20,000 bases of DNA, from the IMG/VR virus record IMGVR_UViG_3300031857_000104; one strand, 5' to 3'. Positions within the stretch are counted from its first letter, which is position 1. Each line of letters opens with the position of its first letter. Source of the stretch: an uncultured virus (IMG/VR IMGVR_UViG_3300031857_000104) (lineage: Duplodnaviria; Heunggongvirae; Uroviricota; Caudoviricetes). Position numbers and translations under genes: made by a program. Shown in pieces: positions 15,324 through 20,000 of the stretch. Below the pieces are notes generated by a model. That model was not told the DNA's origin and did not search any database. It worked only from the letters and a program-made list of their open reading frames with translations.

Positions 15324-16460
15324 ATGGCAATAAGAAATACAAAATTTGTTATAAAAAACAATCAAAACTCCGCAGCACCTTTTTCAGGAGCAACTCTTTT
15401 GGTTGGTGAACCTATAGTTAATACCGCAGCGGGTATTATGATGTTTTCTGGGGTTACTTCAGGAACAAACGATTGGACACCTGCGGGTACAGGTGGAAAC
15501 GCAAACTTTTTTGAGGTCGGGTCCAATCTTTACGATTTAAGATTAAGAAATAGAATCACTAAATACGAAGGGCTTTCAGGTTCACAACTTGACGGTAAAA
15601 TACTATCAGGTACGTCACAAGGTTTAATACTTGTTGATTCTACTGAAATAAATGGTATTAGTGCCTTCACATATAACTCACTAACAAACACATTTACAAT
15701 TTTTGATAGTAACGGTACTGAGTATCCGGCAACTATTTCTTCAGTTTCTGGTTTAACAGTAAACGGTGATTTAAGTGTATCAGGTTCATCAGTATTAAAT
15801 TTTTTAACCGCATCTACAATAAGTGCAACAACAATTAACGTTAATGACATTAATTCAAATGGTAACAATAATTTTAATAATTTAACGGTCACTGGTAACA
15901 CTTCATTACAATCAACTTCCGCAACAACCTTCAGTGCAAATAGTGTAAATATTGGGTCGTTAGGATCTAATAGAGTCGTATATACAACAGGTTCAGGACA
16001 ATTAACAACTGAAAGTAATTTCACATATGATGAAGGCACCGATACTATGGGTGTTAATAATATTGAGGCGGCAGGGGACGTAACGATTCAGGGTAGTTTA
16101 ATCGTGTTTGGGCCTTCAGTATCAGCATTTACTTCAAATCTTTATGTAGAAGACCCAAATATCACTCTCAATTATAATCCAACGGGAAGTACAACATTAA
16201 CATCTATAGGTGCCGGTTGGACCATACAAGACGGTTCAGGAATATCAAATACCGCAACCACACTTAATATCGGTAAATCCTATTTAAACGCTAATTTATC
16301 ACCAAATACAGAATATACCGCAGACACAGGAAACGAAAATAGAAACTTTTTTACACAATTAGGAGACATCATAATTAGAAATACAAACTACGACCCAAAC
16401 TCACCTAATGGTGTTAGAGTTTTGACAGAAAATGATACTTTAGATGGAGGTACGTATTAA
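15324..16460 (+). CDS. putative tail fibre protein
   Basis: Ser/Thr/Gly/Asn-rich with LLVGEPIVNT, LTVNGDLSVSG, LYVEDPNITLN and a C-terminal LDGGTY. Confidence 0.7.
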   Translation: MAIRNTKFVIKNNQNSAAPFSGATLLVGEPIVNTAAGIMMFSGVTSGTNDWTPAGTGGNANFFEVGSNLYDLRLRNRITKYEGLSGSQLDGKILSGTSQGLILVDSTEINGISAFTYNSLTNTFTIFDSNGTEYPATISSVSGLTVNGDLSVSGSSVLNFLTASTISATTINVNDINSNGNNNFNNLTVTGNTSLQSTSATTFSANSVNIGSLGSNRVVYTTGSGQLTTESNFTYDEGTDTMGVNNIEAAGDVTIQGSLIVFGPSVSAFTSNLYVEDPNITLNYNPTGSTTLTSIGAGWTIQDGSGISNTATTLNIGKSYLNANLSPNTEYTADTGNENRNFFTQLGDIIIRNTNYDPNSPNGVRVLTENDTLDGGTY

Positions 16461-16462
16461 AA

Positions 16463-16469
16463 TATTTAT
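16463..16469 (+). promoter_or_regulatory. TATTTAT motif, putative late promoter
   Basis: AATATTTATT right after the upstream stop, followed by two hairpins before ATG 16515. Confidence 0.55.
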
Positions 16470-16477
16470 TTTATAAA

Positions 16478-16519
16478 AAGGTTATATAACCTTAATTAAA
16501 CATAAGTCATACATATGGC
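16478..16519 (+). promoter_or_regulatory. tandem hairpins in the 5' leader, the second including the start codon
   Basis: Perfect 16-bp palindrome AAGGTTATATAACCTT (16478-16493) and GTCA-TACATA-TGGC (16506-16519, one G-U pair). Confidence 0.5.
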
Positions 16520-18902
16520 AAATAGACAGAACACATTACTCTTAAAGAGATCAAATGTTATTGGAAAATTACCACCCTTGAGTGGTCTAACATTAGGAGA
16601 AATGGCTCTTAATACTGCCGATGCCAAATTATATTCACTTTTTACATCAGGAACAACAGGCGCAACCGAAGTAAGAGAAATTGGTTGGAACAGAATCCAT
16701 AGAACTGGTGATACTGTTACCGGTGACTTTAATTTTTTTGGTGATATATCTATTAGTGGTTCATCTTTACCTAATGGGTACGCATTGGCAGTTACAGGAG
16801 ACACCGATTTTAAAAGTGATGTTTATGTTGAAGGGGATATATATTTTAGTGGAGATGTAATAACAACAGGTTCTACTATTATTCAAAATGGTTTGACAGC
16901 AAATACGATATACACTGACTATATTGATTTTAATTTAACTGCTACTTCTGTTCATAACGAAGGAAGACTTAATTGGAATGATGACACAAAAACATTAGAG
17001 ATTGATACAGAAGTTAATGATTTTAGTGTTGAAATTGGTCAAGAAAATGTTGTTAGAGTTTCAAATAAAACAGGTAATTTATTAACAAAAGGTACGTTAG
17101 TTTTTATAACGGGTGGTACTAACAATAGACCAACAGTGACCTTAGCTAGTAGAGACGCCGAAAGAACATCAGCAAGAACATTAGGGTTTGTTGGTCATAA
17201 TATTGACCCTAACGCTGAAGGGTATGTCGTTACTTATGGTTTATTAAGAGATATTAACACAATTGCATATACGGCAGGAACACAACTTTATTTATTTACT
17301 GGTGGTACATGGACAAATGAAAAACCAATTGCTCCTGACCATGATGTTAGAGTTGGTGTGGTTGTTAGACAATCTTTAGGTGCGGGTATTATATTTGTGA
17401 CGGTTCAAAACGGGTACGAGTTAGATGAAATACACGATGTTAGAATTAGTGGATTAACTGCTGGTGATTTATTAGTGCAAAGTTCTTTTAATAGTAAACC
17501 CGTTTGGGTAAATACAAAAACATTACCAGGAAATTACACTATATCAGGAAATACTACACATATTGGTAATTTTAATATTACGGGTAATTCAACTCAATTT
17601 GGTACATACACTCATAGTGGAGATACTTTCATTACAGGTAATACTAATCAAATAGGTAATTTTACTATTACAGGAAATACAACACAAAGTGGGGACACGA
17701 CACAATTAGGTAATTTTCACATAACAGGAAACACAAGTCAAATAGGTGTTTATAGTCATAGTGGAGATACTATCATTACTGGCAACACAACACAATTAGG
17801 TGATATAACTTTAACAGGAAACACAACACAGTTTGGTATATATACTCATAGTGGAGACACTTTCATTACAGGTAATACAACACAAATAGGAAATATAGCA
17901 CTATCAGGAAACTCTTTTATTACAGGGAATACAACGCAAAGTGGGAATACGTCACATACGGGTAGTACAAGTCAAATTGGGGATGTTTCATTAACCGGTA
18001 ATACGGATCAATTAGGTTATTTATATATTATTAGTGCGACAACCGGCTGTACACTTGCCGTAACAGGTAATACTTGTTTAAATGGAGATGTTCAAGTTAT
18101 TGGTAACCTTAGTTATCAAGGGGATTTAAATGTAACAGGTAACACCTCTTTGATTGGTGATACCTTTATTAGTGGGTCGTCACTTTCTGGTGAATGTGCT
18201 TTATATGTTAATGGTAATGTCTGTATTGATGGTGACGTGACAATTAGTGGTGATACCTTTATGTCAGGTGATTTTTGTATGAATAATATGAATAGCACTG
18301 GACAAACAGGTACAAATTGTTTTGACACTTCTTTAATACCAACGGGGACAACAATAATACACCAATTTCAATCAGAAGGGGGTGTTTTTGCTCATTTAGG
18401 AGATTTAGCAACAGGTGAACCAAATTCCAGAGGGTTTACGTATTTTGAAAATAATACCGTTTTAACTTCGTTTGTTGCGGTTGGGACAGGGGTATATACT
18501 CCCGTTATTGGTGCGCCTCAAACAGTTGGAGGATATGCTAATTTATTTATTGTTACTACAGGTGCAACAACCGCCACAACAAATAAATTAACATATAACT
18601 ATCCACCAGCGTCTGGTACTAGTTTTACTTATTTGAAATTTACCGTGTCTTTATCTGTTGAAGTTGCACAAAATCAACAATTAACTTTTCAAATACAAAG
18701 AACAAGGGGAGTATCCGTAACAAATATACCAATAGGTATGAGTATAACACCAAACGGTAATTCGGCAAATGGTGTATCTTTTAATGGTATTGCTGAAGCG
18801 CTACATCTAGACGAGTTTGTTCTTGTTGTTAGAAATGCTACTGGGTCGGGGGGGTCTAACTCAGTAAGAATAACCGACGTATCATTTTCAATGTTTACTT
18901 AA
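16515..18902 (+). CDS. long tail fibre protein with an Mtd/hyaluronidase-like N-terminal domain and ITGNTTQxG repeats
   Basis: N-terminal LLKRSNVIGKLP...LTLGEMALNTADAKLY. ELDEIHDVRI repeat motif. Long run of (I/L)TGN(T/S)xQxG repeats. Beta-rich C-terminal head. Confidence 0.75.
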   Translation: MANRQNTLLLKRSNVIGKLPPLSGLTLGEMALNTADAKLYSLFTSGTTGATEVREIGWNRIHRTGDTVTGDFNFFGDISISGSSLPNGYALAVTGDTDFKSDVYVEGDIYFSGDVITTGSTIIQNGLTANTIYTDYIDFNLTATSVHNEGRLNWNDDTKTLEIDTEVNDFSVEIGQENVVRVSNKTGNLLTKGTLVFITGGTNNRPTVTLASRDAERTSARTLGFVGHNIDPNAEGYVVTYGLLRDINTIAYTAGTQLYLFTGGTWTNEKPIAPDHDVRVGVVVRQSLGAGIIFVTVQNGYELDEIHDVRISGLTAGDLLVQSSFNSKPVWVNTKTLPGNYTISGNTTHIGNFNITGNSTQFGTYTHSGDTFITGNTNQIGNFTITGNTTQSGDTTQLGNFHITGNTSQIGVYSHSGDTIITGNTTQLGDITLTGNTTQFGIYTHSGDTFITGNTTQIGNIALSGNSFITGNTTQSGNTSHTGSTSQIGDVSLTGNTDQLGYLYIISATTGCTLAVTGNTCLNGDVQVIGNLSYQGDLNVTGNTSLIGDTFISGSSLSGECALYVNGNVCIDGDVTISGDTFMSGDFCMNNMNSTGQTGTNCFDTSLIPTGTTIIHQFQSEGGVFAHLGDLATGEPNSRGFTYFENNTVLTSFVAVGTGVYTPVIGAPQTVGGYANLFIVTTGATTATTNKLTYNYPPASGTSFTYLKFTVSLSVEVAQNQQLTFQIQRTRGVSVTNIPIGMSITPNGNSANGVSFNGIAEALHLDEFVLVVRNATGSGGSNSVRITDVSFSMFT
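17530..18270 (+). repeat. degenerate coding repeat array (TGNTTQxG units, 6-aa sub-period)
   Basis: Recurrent acagg(t/a)aa(t/c)ac and catagtggaga(t/c)ac at DNA level. YTHSGDTFITGNT recurs at protein level. Boundaries are approximate. Confidence 0.8.
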
Positions 18903-18913
18903 TTTTTATTATT

Positions 18914-19540
18914 ATGAAACTACAGGCATATATATTAAATGGAAAACCTTTAACAGAATATTATAGTTGGTCATCAGGGGACGTTAACGGAATAGAGTTC
19001 ATTGTTGACAACATAATTCAAACAAATTATCAAGACGTTAGTTCTATTACTAATTGGGACAACTACGGTAGTAGATTGAAAGATTACAATTATATAAGAG
19101 AACAAATAAAAGAAATAACAAATTTAATAGGATTTAATAATCTTTCTTTTGAAGAAAAGGTAATTTCATCAAAATACTTTGTTGTTGGAAAATCAGAAAG
19201 AGATAGTGTTATGTCCGAAAATGTGCAATATGAATTTTGGGACACATTGGTAACGAATTCACAACATTCTAGATTTATTAGGTGGGAACATGCAAAAAAA
19301 TACATATCATACGTATTATCACCAATTAATTCATCTGATTTAGCAAAATCAACATCTGAACTTTGTAATGACTACATCAATTATAATATTATAACAAAAG
19401 TAAAAGATGGTATATCAGGTCTTTTTGATTATTTGAAAGGTGAAGGTGATTTTACAACAAACGGATACCCATCTAAATATTATTGGACACAACAAAATCA
19501 AGATAAGTTAATTGATATATTAGAAAACGGTAACTACTAA
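18914..19540 (+). CDS. hypothetical protein downstream of the tail fibre (possible fibre assembly factor)
   Basis: 208 aa ORF 11 nt after the fibre gene. Function is inferred from position only. Confidence 0.7.
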   Translation: MKLQAYILNGKPLTEYYSWSSGDVNGIEFIVDNIIQTNYQDVSSITNWDNYGSRLKDYNYIREQIKEITNLIGFNNLSFEEKVISSKYFVVGKSERDSVMSENVQYEFWDTLVTNSQHSRFIRWEHAKKYISYVLSPINSSDLAKSTSELCNDYINYNIITKVKDGISGLFDYLKGEGDFTTNGYPSKYYWTQQNQDKLIDILENGNY

Positions 19541-19555
19541 TTATCTATTTCGCTA

Positions 19556-19562
19556 TATTTAT
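19556..19562 (+). promoter_or_regulatory. TATTTAT motif, putative late promoter
   Basis: TATATTTATT upstream of ATG 19576. Confidence 0.55.
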
Positions 19563-19575
19563 TAAATAAAAGTAG

Positions 19576-20000
19576 ATGGCGAATAAAAAAATCTCCGAAT
19601 TACCGTATATTAATAGTGGTAAAATATCAGGTAACACTTTAGTTCCTTTGGTTACTTATTTCAGTGCAACTACGGGTGATACTGTCCACACATATACGTC
19701 AGATTTTCAATCATATATTTTAAGTGGTCAAACAATTACAGGTGGAACATATAATTCCACATCAGGAAATATAACATTATTCAATAATACAGGTGGTACT
19801 ATCACAATATCGGGGGTAACTGGTTCTACGGGCACTTCTGGTACAAGCGGAATTGACGGAACGTCAGGTATAAATGGAACTAGTGGAATTGACGGAACGT
19901 CAGGTACGAGCGGTACATCAGGAATTGACGGAACGTCAGGTACGAGCGGTACATCAGGAATTGACGGAACGTCAGGTATAAATGGAACGTCAGGTACGAG
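19576..20000 (+). CDS. 3'-truncated collagen-like (G-X-X) fibre protein, not in the ORF track
   Basis: Manual translation: MANKKISELPYINSGKISGNTLVPLVTYFSATTGDTVHTY...GVTGSTGTSGTSGIDGTSGINGTSGIDGTS..., open to the window end. Confidence 0.85.
   Translation, partial: MANKKISELPYINSGKISGNTLVPLVTYFSATTGDTVHTYTSDFQSYILSGQTITGGTYNSTSGNITLFNNTGGTITISGVTGSTGTSGTSGIDGTSGINGTSGIDGTSGTSGTSGIDGTSGTSGTSGIDGTSGINGTSGT
19849..20000 (+). repeat. 36-nt period coding tandem repeat (GIDGTSG[TS/IN]GTS)
   Basis: ggaattgacggaacgtcaggta starts at 19849, 19885, 19921 and 19957. Confidence 0.95.

Noticed and set aside
3108..19305. Minus-strand ORFs in the track (3108, 3176, 3596, 4429, 5299, 6242, 6602, 7499, 10058, 10418, 14944, 15530, 16496, 18116, 19090) and + ORF 5035
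   Set aside because: They lie wholly or mostly within long coherent + strand genes and have the Ser/Phe/Leu/Ile-rich composition typical of antisense or off-frame shadows.
19849..20000. 36-nt periodic repeat as a CRISPR array
   Set aside because: The period is too short, the 'spacers' are themselves repeated, and the unit is an in-frame G-X-X coding repeat.
1..20000. Stop-codon reassignment (as in Lak or some crAss-like phages)
   Set aside because: Genes are long and tile the window under code 11, ending in TAA or TGA with no fragmentation. No accepted gene ends in TAG, so TAG status is untested, but nothing requires recoding.
1..20000. Eukaryotic giant virus or cellular chromosome origin
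   Set aside because: Peptidoglycan-binding and lysozyme-like domains, baseplate and fibre genes, a T9SS signal and the absence of housekeeping genes fit a bacteriophage better. No capsid or terminase gene is in the window, so this remains an inference.

Overview
AT-rich, densely coding, almost entirely + strand window in standard genetic code. It looks like part of the virion-structural (late) region of a large tailed phage, probably infecting Bacteroidota. The host inference rests on a T9SS type-B/CHU_C C-terminal sorting domain, the lack of Shine-Dalgarno motifs at gene starts, and a Bacteroidota-type 16S complement. Order of contents: (1) a truncated T9SS-CTD protein; (2) three small minus-strand hypothetical genes; (3) a block of putative internal head/ejection proteins (1457-13778) with shared N-terminal leaders, including a PG-binding + GH108-like muramidase, two large membrane-segment proteins and a MORN-repeat protein; (4) a structured 153-nt intergenic element; (5) a baseplate/tail-fibre block, ending in a collagen-like G-X-X repeat protein that runs off the window and is absent from the ORF track. 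A TATTTAT motif sits in all eight larger intergenic gaps and is a putative late promoter. The most unusual signal is the intergenic element at 13779-13912: a candidate pseudoknot and hairpin, then a ~15-17 nt complement to the Bacteroidota 16S rRNA 3' end with no gene behind it, closed by a GAAA-loop terminator. All domain calls are by-eye motif recognition; no searches were run.
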